The notes: generated by a model not told the origin, from the letters alone. A DNA stretch of 64,000 bases from a virus (IMGVR_UViG_3300032272_000008:1-64000); one strand, 5' to 3'. Positions 43,624-52,947 are shown, counted from the first letter of the stretch. Made by a program: numbers and translations.

Positions 43624-45300
43624 GTGGTCGCTACAACTCGTTCCGTAAACATTTCTGACTTCAACATCGCCAACGGCGATCTTCCATCTTGGGCACATCC
43701 CGAGGTCCATTACTGGTATCCAGAGTGGCGTAAGATCCGCGACTGCGTTGCAGGTGAGCGTGCGATCAAAGACGCAGGCACTGACTATCTCGCGCAGCTC
43801 GAATCTATGGAAGGCTCAGATTACAACTCGTACCTGGATCGGGCGACGTTCTACAACTTCACTGGCCGCACAGTTGAAGCCCTGACTGGTTCCTTGATGC
43901 GCCGCCGTCCGGTGATCGACGACCTGCCCACAAAACTCAACGAACGTCTAAAAGTTGTCTCCAGGGAAAAACACCCATTCCACATGTTCTCCACGATGAT
44001 TGCTCGCGAGAACATCCAGATGGGACGCGTCGGCGTCCTGGTCGATCTCCCGCGTACTGAGACCACACAGCCTAAACCATACCTGTGCTCGTACACGTGC
44101 GAGAACATTCTGGATTGGGAAGAAGACATCGTCAACGACGAGCTGGTCCTGACAAAGGTCGTGCTCCGTGAACAGAAGCGTGTCCGCAACACCGGACAAG
44201 CCACCGGCAACTCTTCTACGATGGAGACCACGTATGTTCCTCGCTATCGTGAACTGTCGTTAGAAGAAGGCGCACAAGGTACGCACGTCTACGTCCAGCG
44301 GATCTATGAGCGTGATGACACTGCCGTAGACTTCGAACTGGTCGAGGCAAATCTTGTTGATACGATTACCCCCATGCGGCAAGGCGTGCCGCTGGATTTC
44401 ATTCCATTCTGCATTCTCGGTCCACGAGAAAGCCGGATGATGGTTGAGAAGCCTCCGATGATGGACATCGCGCGTCTCAATCTATCTCACTACCAATCAT
44501 ACGCGTGGTTGGAGCATGGGCGCTTCTTCACCGGGTTCCCGATCTACTACGTCGAAGCACCTTCAGGTGGCGACGGCAGCGAAGCAGAATTCGAGCTTGG
44601 TTCGAGCAACGTCTGGGTAACACCAGCCGGTGCGAAGCCAGGACTGTTGGAGATGAACGGCCAAGGGCTGAAGTTCCTCGCCGACGCGTTGGACCAAAAA
44701 GAATCTCAGGCAGCGAGCCTGGGTGGCCGAATGATTGGTATCCGTACGCAAGCTGTGGCTGAATCTGACAACGCGTTGAAGATGACTGAGCGCAACGAAC
44801 AATCTGTTCTGTTGCAGGTCGCGATGGCGCTCGATGCCCAGATGTCGAAGGTCCTGCAATGGTGGGCGTTCCTGTCCGGCGTATCGTTGAAAGAAGCCGA
44901 AAAGATTGTCCTTGAATACAACAAGGATTTTCTGTTCGACACTCCAGGCGCTCGCGAGTTCCGTGCAATTCACTCAATGTATCAAGATGGGGTTATCCCT
45001 GTCGATGTGATATACTCGTACTTCAAGAAGTCTTCTCTCATCCCGGATTGGATGTCACTGGAAGAATTCAAGAAGCAGCTGGATCGGGTTGAAAACTTCC
45101 CGAACAATCCAGACATCGCGGCGAAGCAGGAAGGCTTTCCTGACGCCAAGACGCAGATCGCAGTGGCCGAAGCGGAGAAAGATCGCAAAGCCACTGAGAA
45201 AGCCGCCGAAGCGACGGCAAAAGCAGCGAAGGAGGCCGCAGACAGACAACCTGTAGGAGTTCCACCGCAACAAGTACCGCCCAACGGCAATGGGCAATAG
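43624..45300 (+). CDS. Portal protein (DUF4055 family)
   Basis: W..IRDCVAGE..IK.AG..YL, YL.RA.FYNFTGRTV, GRVGVLVD, ENI.DW, N..HY...A..EHG. Confidence 0.88.
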   Translation: MVATTRSVNISDFNIANGDLPSWAHPEVHYWYPEWRKIRDCVAGERAIKDAGTDYLAQLESMEGSDYNSYLDRATFYNFTGRTVEALTGSLMRRRPVIDDLPTKLNERLKVVSREKHPFHMFSTMIARENIQMGRVGVLVDLPRTETTQPKPYLCSYTCENILDWEEDIVNDELVLTKVVLREQKRVRNTGQATGNSSTMETTYVPRYRELSLEEGAQGTHVYVQRIYERDDTAVDFELVEANLVDTITPMRQGVPLDFIPFCILGPRESRMMVEKPPMMDIARLNLSHYQSYAWLEHGRFFTGFPIYYVEAPSGGDGSEAEFELGSSNVWVTPAGAKPGLLEMNGQGLKFLADALDQKESQAASLGGRMIGIRTQAVAESDNALKMTERNEQSVLLQVAMALDAQMSKVLQWWAFLSGVSLKEAEKIVLEYNKDFLFDTPGAREFRAIHSMYQDGVIPVDVIYSYFKKSSLIPDWMSLEEFKKQLDRVENFPNNPDIAAKQEGFPDAKTQIAVAEAEKDRKATEKAAEATAKAAKEAADRQPVGVPPQQVPPNGNGQ

Positions 45301-45309
45301 GAGAAGATC

Positions 45310-45558
45310 ATGAACAAGGATTTTGAAGATGGCAGCATACCAAGCGAACAGCCAGAGCGGAAAGTTCCGCGCAAGGCAAGAAAAACTGCGCCGAAAAAAG
45401 AAGCGCGTAGTGAAGACGAAAAAGTAGCAGATGCCATCGTTAACCTTGATCTCGAAACAGACTTGGTGAAAGCCCTGGCTTGGGCTAAACGAATGAGGCC
45501 ATCCGATCGAGCGAAGATGCTTCGTCTTTCAGGTGAACACCAAGCCAAGCTCCTTTAA
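45310..45558 (+). CDS. Hypothetical protein (82 aa)
   Basis: AGGAGA RBS. Confidence 0.55.
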   Translation: MNKDFEDGSIPSEQPERKVPRKARKTAPKKEARSEDEKVADAIVNLDLETDLVKALAWAKRMRPSDRAKMLRLSGEHQAKLL

Positions 45559-45629
45559 CCGGGAGCCGAATCACGCCGCGCTCCGTCTGACACGTAAGGA
45601 GTAGGCTCAAGCTACCGTGGGGTACACAC

Positions 45630-46142
45630 ATGCAGAACGCTTTTACGCGCTTCGTCGCCCGCCGCCTGACGGGCTGGGGAGCCAACATCGTAGAGAAGCA
45701 CCAACCTGATTTCGTTATCGGAGATCCCGACGATCCCTGTCTGATCCGTTGGTGCATTTTCCCGCGCAACCGGTTCCTCAACGTCTACCTTCATCTATTC
45801 CTTCGGTCGGACGACCGCGTACTCCATGATCATCCCTGGTGGTCCTGGTCGCTCGCCTTGTCACAGGTAGCGTATGAAATCCACTACCCGATGGACGGTC
45901 CACGTGAAGATCACTTGCGGATCGTGAATTTTGGTGACTTCATACACCGTCCCGCGAAATTCACACATAGAATGGTCCTTCGTGTGAGAGAAGATGTGCA
46001 CCAACCATTCATGACGTTGTTCATCACCGGCCCCCGCCTACGGGAATGGGGTTTCTGGTGCGACAAAGGGACGCGGTTTGTCCCATGGCAAGAGTTCACC
46101 AAGAACGGTGTTCCAGGAGAAAGAGGTAAAGGCTGTGATTGA
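45630..46142 (+). CDS. Cupin-fold phage protein
   Basis: YLH.F.RSD...LHDHPW, H.., TLFITGP..R.WGF. Confidence 0.7.
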   Translation: MQNAFTRFVARRLTGWGANIVEKHQPDFVIGDPDDPCLIRWCIFPRNRFLNVYLHLFLRSDDRVLHDHPWWSWSLALSQVAYEIHYPMDGPREDHLRIVNFGDFIHRPAKFTHRMVLRVREDVHQPFMTLFITGPRLREWGFWCDKGTRFVPWQEFTKNGVPGERGKGCD

Positions 46143-46308
46143 TACCTCCAAAATCTCCCGCGTGGAAGTGATCGACCACCGAAGCGTATCCAAAACCTGC
46201 GGTCGGGTGTTCGTGGCGTGGAACGTAAGCGCTGACATGTCCGTACAGGATGATGGGCGCACTCTCAAAGTCTTCGTAAATTACAAGAAAAAGGAAAGCA
46301 CAAGATGA
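46135..46308 (+). CDS. Small phage protein
   Basis: RVEVIDH...GR..V......SVQDDGRTLKVFV. Confidence 0.6.
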   Translation: MIDTSKISRVEVIDHRSVSKTCGRVFVAWNVSADMSVQDDGRTLKVFVNYKKKESTR

Positions 46309-46754
46309 AACAACTCGACATTTTCATGGACCCGAATGTCCCACTCGACCACTTCCCCTCGTATCAAACGGAAGGCGCGGCAGGCTTCGACCTGTCCGCG
46401 TGGCTTCCGACTGGAAGCATCATCATCCCCGCGTACGAAAGCCGGATCGTCAACACTGGCATCTACATGATGATCCCTGAAGGACACGAAGTGCAGATCC
46501 GATCGCGCTCTGGCCTCGCAGGCAAACACGCGTTGTTCGTCTTGAACTCGCCGGGGACAATCGACTGCGACTACCGTGGTGAGATCCGTGTGATCCTCAC
46601 AAACATGTACACGCAGAAGTACGTAGTCGCATCTGGTGACCGGATCGCACAAGGCGTTCTGAAGGAAGCACCGCAGGCAAACCTCGTACGGGTCAACTCG
46701 ATCCGCCACGACACAGCAAGAGGGGAACACGGCCTTGGCTCTACCGGAAAATAG
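46305..46754 (+). CDS. dut: Trimeric dUTPase
   Basis: AAGFDL, QIRSRSGL, NSPGTIDCDYRGEI, DRIAQ, RGEHGLGSTG. Confidence 0.96.
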   Translation: MKQLDIFMDPNVPLDHFPSYQTEGAAGFDLSAWLPTGSIIIPAYESRIVNTGIYMMIPEGHEVQIRSRSGLAGKHALFVLNSPGTIDCDYRGEIRVILTNMYTQKYVVASGDRIAQGVLKEAPQANLVRVNSIRHDTARGEHGLGSTGK

Positions 46755-46785
46755 CAAGCAAGCAGTCGGGACCGGAAAAAACTCG

Positions 46786-46956
46786 ATGAGGCTCAACCAA
46801 GCGACGATGCAGAAGATTGTGGAGCATTGGATGGAGACACGTTTCCTGAACACTGCACATCAAGAAGTGCTCGTCACACAAGTGAAATCTACGGTCGAGG
46901 GCAACGCGCACGCGTTCGATATCGACTTCCATTGGCAGGAGCCAGTACCTAAATGA
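46786..46956 (+). CDS. Small hypothetical protein (56 aa)
   Basis: Fills the gap; coupled to the next gene. Confidence 0.45.
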   Translation: MRLNQATMQKIVEHWMETRFLNTAHQEVLVTQVKSTVEGNAHAFDIDFHWQEPVPK

Positions 46957-47237
46957 AAGCACTCGAAACCTTAGTAGGCATCGGCGTGATGACGCTCGTC
47001 TACGTCTGCATCATGGCGATGGTCACGCTCGGCGTACTCGTTGTCTCGAACCTGATGCTCTATCTCGCGCCGAACATCATTGGCCCTGGCATGGAAGTGT
47101 TCGGATCAGTCGGCGAATTCTTCCCGTCCTTCGCGGTATTGATCACGCTCCTGGCAGCATGCGTCGCGGTGGGCACGTCGGCCATCCACTTCGTCGAAGA
47201 CTTCTTCGTCGATCAAGCGGAGAAGTCCGATGGGTAG
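46953..47237 (+). CDS. Two-TM membrane protein
   Basis: AGGAG RBS; two hydrophobic helices. Confidence 0.6.
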   Translation: MKALETLVGIGVMTLVYVCIMAMVTLGVLVVSNLMLYLAPNIIGPGMEVFGSVGEFFPSFAVLITLLAACVAVGTSAIHFVEDFFVDQAEKSDG

Positions 47238-47463
47238 ACGTGTCACAGCAATCTTTGTCGCAGAATCGCGTCAAGGAAAACACACCGTCCTGGATACCGA
47301 CGAAGAACTAATCGTCGTGTTTCCTTACGGGACGGAGCGTGTTGGCATGCGTTTCGATCGATTGATCATAACCTTTCGCCACAACAGCGAGAGACAAGCC
47401 CATTGGATTCGCCGCAACAGAATGGGATTGAAGCCTGACGGTCTGCTGATTGAAACCTTTTAA
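47230..47463 (+). CDS. Hypothetical protein (77 aa)
   Basis: GGAGA RBS; overlaps the upstream stop. Confidence 0.5.
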   Translation: MGRRVTAIFVAESRQGKHTVLDTDEELIVVFPYGTERVGMRFDRLIITFRHNSERQAHWIRRNRMGLKPDGLLIETF

Positions 47464-47482
47464 CCATGAGTGACATAGCCAC

Positions 47483-47510
47483 TTGATTTTCATTTTGGCT
47501 GTGTTACAAA
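47483..47510 (+). promoter_or_regulatory. Promoter of the tmRNA gene
   Basis: TTGATT-N16-TACAAA with an extended -10 TG. Confidence 0.5.
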
Positions 47511-47516
47511 GATCTC

Positions 47517-48005
47517 GAAGACGTTGAAGCGTCATTGAACAAGAACGGATACGCCGGGGCAGTACCGGCCATCTCCACCACAAGTCTACGGAGGAACAGA
47601 AGGCAGTAGCCGTACCAGATCGAAATAGCTCAAGAAGCTCTGTGCATATGTGATACGGCCACTGCGGCGAAAGCCAAGCATGCCCGACACCGTATAATCA
47701 CCTCAACGTGTATTTCATGCTGACCGCGCGCTCTGCCGTAGACTTCTGATGGGGATGAAATAGGTTCGACCGTTTTGGGTAGTGGAGTGGAGTTTTCCGG
47801 GTGATCTCGTCATAGATCGGACTGCTTAGTTGCAAACGACAACGAGGCTCTCTTACTCGCCGCATAGCCGCGAGTGGCGCAATGGCAAGCGTAGCAACAG
47901 AAGCTCTCACTGAGAGCAGGCCAAGGGTCGCCCACCATAAATGTTTGGTGGGAATTTAGGCAACCGGGAGCAGTTGGGAATCTGCTTATCGTAAGAAACA
48001 AAATC
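47517..48005 (+). ncRNA. ssrA: Circularly permuted two-piece tmRNA (acceptor piece about 47517-47580, intervening 47581-47750, coding piece from 47751; outer ends approximate)
   Basis: T-arm GCCGG-GGCAGTA-CCGGC then CATCTCC-ACCA; GGGGATG at 47751 completes a 7-bp acceptor stem with G3.U70; TAGTT-GCA resume context; tag ANDNEALLLAA* at 47832-47867 with a stop hairpin. Confidence 0.93.
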
Positions 48006-48041
48006 CCCCTATCTACCCTGACCAACGAGAAAGGAAAAGAC

Positions 48042-48386
48042 ATGTCCAGCATACCAAACAACGGCACAGCGTACGCACCTCAATCCGACGCAGGCCTCGT
48101 CGAAGAAATGGAGTCCTATGACCGACTTCCTGCCCCGCTCCGACGCGCCTATGCTAATTCCAACCACGACTGGTCCACAATTGATGTGGAGATCGATTTC
48201 AAAGCTGACAAAGGTTGGAGCATGTACGACCAGAGCTTCCAAGTACGAAAAGACGACGCCTATGAGAATGAACTTCACGAATGGGGACTGGATAAAGGTT
48301 TTCCCGACAAATGGCAGAAGCGTGCCAGCTGCGCCGTTATGGCCAAGCAGTTTCGTGAGAAAAAAGGATTGAGGACCTTCCGATGA
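48042..48386 (+). CDS. Hypothetical protein (114 aa)
   Basis: AAAGGAAAA RBS; M..YDRLPA.LR.A pattern. Confidence 0.65.
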   Translation: MSSIPNNGTAYAPQSDAGLVEEMESYDRLPAPLRRAYANSNHDWSTIDVEIDFKADKGWSMYDQSFQVRKDDAYENELHEWGLDKGFPDKWQKRASCAVMAKQFREKKGLRTFR

Positions 48387-48787
48387 GACATCTCGAAAAA
48401 GACTATGAGCTGTTCTTCAATACGCGATGGCTCCACAGCAAGACAGGAAACCTGTACGACATCACAGGCGTCTGTATGATCGAAAGCACGTGGCGTCCTG
48501 GCTTCATCTACGTGTCGCTCAAGGATGGCATATCCATCGTGCGGGACACCGAAGAATTCCTCGACGGACGCTTCGTTGAAGTCGATAAGCCGCGCGTGAC
48601 TTACAACATCAAGGAAAAACTGTGGGAACTCCCTCGCGAAATTCCTTTGATCCCAACCGGCGATCGCGGTGTGGTTCATGAATTACGCCTCCAAGATTAT
48701 CTCACCAAACAAAATGGAGAACAAGAAAATGGCGAAGAAGACCTGGGAAGATCTGATGATCAGCCTGTTCCGCCGACTGTTGCCTGA
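48383..48787 (+). CDS. DUF1653-like domain protein
   Basis: W.H.KTG..Y.I......E.......Y......VR...EF.DGRF. Confidence 0.6.
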   Translation: MRHLEKDYELFFNTRWLHSKTGNLYDITGVCMIESTWRPGFIYVSLKDGISIVRDTEEFLDGRFVEVDKPRVTYNIKEKLWELPREIPLIPTGDRGVVHELRLQDYLTKQNGEQENGEEDLGRSDDQPVPPTVA

Positions 48788-48840
48788 CAAAATTAAGCCC
48801 GACGCTGAGTTGCGTCCATTCACGAAAAGGAAAACTGACA

Positions 48841-49008
48841 ATGAGCACAGCTGAACAATATCACGCAAGCCGCAAGGCTGCGAAAGCCCGAAAAGAAGCC
48901 GCCAAATACAAGGACGGCATGGGCAAAGAGCGCGCGGCCATGGCCCGCAAGATTTCCCTCAAGAAGAAGGCAGCTCTCCTTGAAAGTTCACCAACATCCT
49001 CAGAGTGA
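48841..49008 (+). CDS. Small basic protein (55 aa), not in ORF track
   Basis: AAAGGAAAA RBS; MSTAEQYHASRKAAKARKEAAK... Confidence 0.55.
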   Translation: MSTAEQYHASRKAAKARKEAAKYKDGMGKERAAMARKISLKKKAALLESSPTSSE

Positions 49009-49345
49009 CGGTGGCAGGAACACCTGCTACACGGCGCGCTCATCTCAGGTGAAGACCACTTGGTACAGGGATGCACGCCTCGCACAGCGTGAAGGGTCCA
49101 CACTCTGGCTGACCAACAGCAACGACTACGGTCCTCACTGGACGGCTCAAGACGAGCCTCCTACGGAAACGCCTTGGGAAAGCCTGGGAGAGATCCAAGA
49201 AATCCTGAGAAAAGACAGAGGCCCCGAAGAAACGTGGCTCATTGACTGGCCCTGGTGGATCGAGTCCGATCCCGAGGACATCACAATCTTCGCCATCGAA
49301 AGTTCTTCTGACAGATGGTACACGGAAATCAAAACTACTCTTTGA
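48980..49345 (+). CDS. Hypothetical Trp-rich protein
   Basis: Open frame; start uncertain. Confidence 0.45.
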   Translation: MKVHQHPQSDGGRNTCYTARSSQVKTTWYRDARLAQREGSTLWLTNSNDYGPHWTAQDEPPTETPWESLGEIQEILRKDRGPEETWLIDWPWWIESDPEDITIFAIESSSDRWYTEIKTTL

Positions 49346-49396
49346 CCTGCACATCGTTTGTGCTATCTTGCCTGAAGTATATTCTAGGAGACGAAA

Positions 49397-49939
49397 ATGT
49401 TTCAGTCAAATCCCACAGATGATGTCCAACGATTTTTCGATACCTATGGGGCTGTAAAAAGCCCCGTAGTCGGATCTTCCGTCATAATTGCGTCGGGATA
49501 CGGCGCGAAGTACAAACGTAAAATCGTTATGCCGATTAGCGCACGGAATCACGCCAAAAGACTTATGCCAACGGCAACAACGCCAGAAGAAGAACGTGAT
49601 CTCGTCCAAAAACTGCTTGGAATCTTCGAGCAAGAGTACAGCCGTGCGCTGGACATTGATGACACCCCTGGCATCTCTTGGGGAGCCGGTGGCAAGAAGG
49701 ATGAGTTGGATTGTGTTGACGAGGCATGGAATGCAACTGTCTACCTCCTGTGGCTCCAGAACAAAAATCTTCTACAGTTCCACAAAGTCATGGAACCTAT
49801 GTGGAAGTTCTCATTCACAAGATGGAATCACTACGCGGCTGTCCTTGAAGAAGCGGACAGGAATAAAACATTGTGGTGCATTGACGGGCAGTATGGTGAC
49901 GTTCCTAAAATAGTCCGTTCAGATCGGTGGTACACGTAG
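49397..49939 (+). CDS. Hypothetical protein with putative Cys-His-Asp triad
   Basis: LDCVDEAWN, NHYAAVL, WCIDG; AGGAG RBS; TTGACC-N16-TATCTT promoter at 49342-49369. Confidence 0.6.
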   Translation: MFQSNPTDDVQRFFDTYGAVKSPVVGSSVIIASGYGAKYKRKIVMPISARNHAKRLMPTATTPEEERDLVQKLLGIFEQEYSRALDIDDTPGISWGAGGKKDELDCVDEAWNATVYLLWLQNKNLLQFHKVMEPMWKFSFTRWNHYAAVLEEADRNKTLWCIDGQYGDVPKIVRSDRWYT

Positions 49940-49940
49940 C

Positions 49941-50768
49941 ATGTCAAAATACTACAACCCGCAAGCGGGCGGAGACCATCGAATCCTACATGCGGTGGAT
50001 GTTGTTTCCCAACTTAACGGAACAACTCTGAACCTTATGTCCAACCGTTCTCTACGCAAGTTCGGTCAGAACCCTGACTCAGACACCGGAGAATACGAGA
50101 CCGTGTGGACGCTTGGTGACAATGAAACGTACCAAACCACCAATTCCATCGACACCATCTCAAGCTCCAATGCAGCCGACGATCAGGTCATCAGCCTCGC
50201 AGGCTTCACGATATCAGGGTCAGGCCTACTCACGCGGGTGGAACAGACAGTGACGCTCGACGGACAGAATAAGGTGCTTCTTTCCACGCCACTCGCTCGT
50301 GTAGAGCGAGGGTTTAATATTTCTGCGACTGACACACTTGGTGAAGTTTATGTCTATCGCGATACCACACTGACAGATGGCGTCCCTACTGATTTGACGA
50401 TGGCACATCTACAGATCGAAGCACAATTTCAGCAGTCACAGAAATGTGCGTTAACAACGGCACAAGGTGAATACCTCTTCGTGATGTCTGCTGGTGTAGC
50501 TACGCTTGCAGGACTCACCGCTTCTTCGGATTTCTCCCTTGAGACGCGGTTGATTGATCCTCCTGGCCTCGTCTTTCGCAACAAACTGTTGATCTCTTCT
50601 GCCAATCCTGGTGGAGCCTCCTTCATCGAATTGAATCCTGTGTTGATAGTAGCTCCGAACACCGACGTACGCATGCGCTCTAAAAGCAGCGTCAACAACC
50701 AAAGCGTTACGGCGTTCATTTCCGGGTACTACATGAACATCAGCAACTACATTTCACCAGACGCATAA
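49941..50768 (+). CDS. Beta-rich phage protein, possibly virion-associated
   Basis: RKFGQNPD..TG.YETVW; Ser/Thr-rich. Confidence 0.6.
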   Translation: MSKYYNPQAGGDHRILHAVDVVSQLNGTTLNLMSNRSLRKFGQNPDSDTGEYETVWTLGDNETYQTTNSIDTISSSNAADDQVISLAGFTISGSGLLTRVEQTVTLDGQNKVLLSTPLARVERGFNISATDTLGEVYVYRDTTLTDGVPTDLTMAHLQIEAQFQQSQKCALTTAQGEYLFVMSAGVATLAGLTASSDFSLETRLIDPPGLVFRNKLLISSANPGGASFIELNPVLIVAPNTDVRMRSKSSVNNQSVTAFISGYYMNISNYISPDA

Positions 50769-50778
50769 GGATCTTGTC

Positions 50779-51993
50779 ATGACACTCGATGTTGCACTCC
50801 CCGCCACACAGAGCGACGCTTTCGGGCGCTTACGCGTCTCTTCGACTGACACCGTCTTCGACAGCAAGATGGTATCAGACGATCTTACGTTGTTCTGGGA
50901 TGACGCTGAAGTTACGGGGACTGGAACAACATCCACGCATAACGTGAATCGCGCCGCTGTTGTTATGGGCGTCGCCCTCAACACCGCTGGCTTGCGCCGT
51001 CGTCAGACATTCCAACGGTTCAACTATCAGCCTGGGAAGTCTCAGTTGATTATGATGACCGGCGTTCTCCTTTCAACTGGTGGCGGCGCTGGAATATCCG
51101 CCAGCATGGGACTGTTTGATGACGATGACGGGATTTTTGCGTCGTCTGTTGATGGTGCGGTGCAGCTTACAATCAGGTCAAACGTCACAGGCACGCCAGT
51201 CGATACTACCGTAGCGCAGGCCGATTGGAACGGAGACAAGCTTGACGGCAGCGGTGTGTCTGGTGTTACTCTCGACGGAACCAAAGCTCAAATCCTATTC
51301 ATCGACTTCGAATGGCTAGGCGTAGGAACGGTAAGGGTGGGATTTATCGTCGATGGCGTGTACATCGTTGCGCACAGGTTCCAGCACGCCAACATCATCA
51401 ACTCAGTCTACATGTCAACGCCAAACCTTCCTCTCCGATATGAGTTGGAGAACGATGGGACAGGACCGGCGTCTGAGTTGGAGCACATTTGCTGCACGGT
51501 GATCTCTGAAGGCGGACAGGCATCTCGCGCCCAACTTCTTGCTGCCACGACAGGCGGCATCGGGATCACTCCCAGCAACCTCGCTGTGGCTGCGGCCATC
51601 GGCATAAGGCTGAAGACCAGCAACCTTGGAAAAACCGTCGATATCAACAACATTTCTGTTGTGAACGAAGGGAACACTCCTGGGTTTGAGTGGCGACTGT
51701 ATTGGAATCCGACAGTGGCCGGAACGTTCACATACGCGGATGTTACGAACTCCGCTGTACAGGTGGCTATAGGAAACGCCGCAGGAACTAACACGCTAAC
51801 GGGCGGCACGCTTGTTGCAGCAGGTGTGAGCACAGGGTCTAAGAACGCAGGCGTTGCTGAAACGGACATCACCAGTGCGTTGCGCCTCGGCGCGGCCATC
51901 GATGGGACACGAGACGAAATAGTTCTCGCCGTTGTGCCTTACGGCGCACAGGGGGAACTTGACGCAGCTCTTAATTGGAGTGAACGGACGTAA
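50779..51993 (+). CDS. Beta-rich phage protein, possibly virion-associated
   Basis: DAFGRLRVS...FDSK, RQT...F.YQPGKSQL, ID.EWLGVG.VR.GF, STPNLPLRYE. Confidence 0.65.
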   Translation: MTLDVALPATQSDAFGRLRVSSTDTVFDSKMVSDDLTLFWDDAEVTGTGTTSTHNVNRAAVVMGVALNTAGLRRRQTFQRFNYQPGKSQLIMMTGVLLSTGGGAGISASMGLFDDDDGIFASSVDGAVQLTIRSNVTGTPVDTTVAQADWNGDKLDGSGVSGVTLDGTKAQILFIDFEWLGVGTVRVGFIVDGVYIVAHRFQHANIINSVYMSTPNLPLRYELENDGTGPASELEHICCTVISEGGQASRAQLLAATTGGIGITPSNLAVAAAIGIRLKTSNLGKTVDINNISVVNEGNTPGFEWRLYWNPTVAGTFTYADVTNSAVQVAIGNAAGTNTLTGGTLVAAGVSTGSKNAGVAETDITSALRLGAAIDGTRDEIVLAVVPYGAQGELDAALNWSERT

Positions 51994-52027
51994 TTCAATC
52001 AACAAAGTGAAATAGGAACAAAATGAC

Positions 52028-52819
52028 ATGCCTGACAAAAAGATCGACGTCCTCGACCACGGCCTCGTCCGACTCGTGGATTCAATGGGCAGTGACCTGT
52101 CCGTATCGCGGGCTGCGCGTGTTTCATATGACGCAGCGTGGCGCGCAGGGGAAGATGAAGGTTCTGATTCCAGACTTATCAACTATCTCTGGAAGCATGA
52201 TCACACCTCGCCCTTCGAAGCCGTCACGTTCACGTTCGAAGTCAAAGCCCCTATCTTTGTCTTCCGCCAGTGGCACCGACACCGTACCTGGGCCTACAAC
52301 GAACTGAGCGCACGATACCGGGAACTGCCGGAAGTGTTCTACGTTCCAAAGCCAGGGTCGATCGGAACCCAATCTGCCGACAACAAGCAGATGCGGGACA
52401 TCGCGGGTGTGACCGACGACGAGCATGAACGCATGATGGCCATGGTCATCCGCGACAGCTGTGAAGGTGCTTTCGACACGTACCGGCACCTGATGGAACA
52501 AGGCGTCCCGCGCGAGCTTGCACGCGGCGTCCTACCGTTCAACACGTACTCGCACATGTTCGCGACGGTGAACCTGATGAACCTGTTCAGATTCGTCGGC
52601 CTTCGCTCACACGCTCACGCACAGCCGGAAATCCAAGTCTACGCCAATGCTATGCTCGAATTGGCAAAAGACGTTGCACCGGCTTCTGTGGCCGCTTTCC
52701 AGGCCAAGCGCTTGGAAACACACTTACGCGACGCGGCCTGGGCCTACATCAAGAACACGCCCAAGTCGCAGTTCTCTCAGGTCGAGATGCGCAAACAGCT
52801 GGAAGGCGTCAAGCTGTAA
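52028..52819 (+). CDS. thyX: Flavin-dependent thymidylate synthase
   Basis: AARVSY, H.SPFE, RQWHRHR..YNELSARY, RELARGVLP, LR...HAQPEI. Confidence 0.96.
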   Translation: MPDKKIDVLDHGLVRLVDSMGSDLSVSRAARVSYDAAWRAGEDEGSDSRLINYLWKHDHTSPFEAVTFTFEVKAPIFVFRQWHRHRTWAYNELSARYRELPEVFYVPKPGSIGTQSADNKQMRDIAGVTDDEHERMMAMVIRDSCEGAFDTYRHLMEQGVPRELARGVLPFNTYSHMFATVNLMNLFRFVGLRSHAHAQPEIQVYANAMLELAKDVAPASVAAFQAKRLETHLRDAAWAYIKNTPKSQFSQVEMRKQLEGVKL

Positions 52820-52859
52820 ACAGACCGAGAACAAACCTCGTTCATTTCAAGATCCTACA

Positions 52860-52889
52860 AAAGCCCTGTTCACGCGGGGCTTTTTCTTT
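52860..52889 (+). terminator. Rho-independent terminator
   Basis: AAGCCCTGT-TC-ACGCGGGGCTT hairpin followed by a T tract. Confidence 0.65.
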
Positions 52890-52947
52890 GCTATGTTCCA
52901 CTCATGAGCTGCCAGGGTGGCGGCTCTTTTTTAGGAGACTACAATAC

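Noticed and set aside
47553-47580. Stand-alone tRNA-Ala
   Set aside because: No D-arm or anticodon arm upstream; the 5' acceptor strand lies 170 nt downstream, as expected for a permuted tmRNA.
47603-47665. Group II intron domain V or HDV-like/hammerhead ribozyme in the tmRNA insert
   Set aside because: AGCCGUA...UACGG resembles domain V, but the loop is 39 nt and no other intron domains are present. I could not assemble HDV or hammerhead cores. The element is left unnamed.
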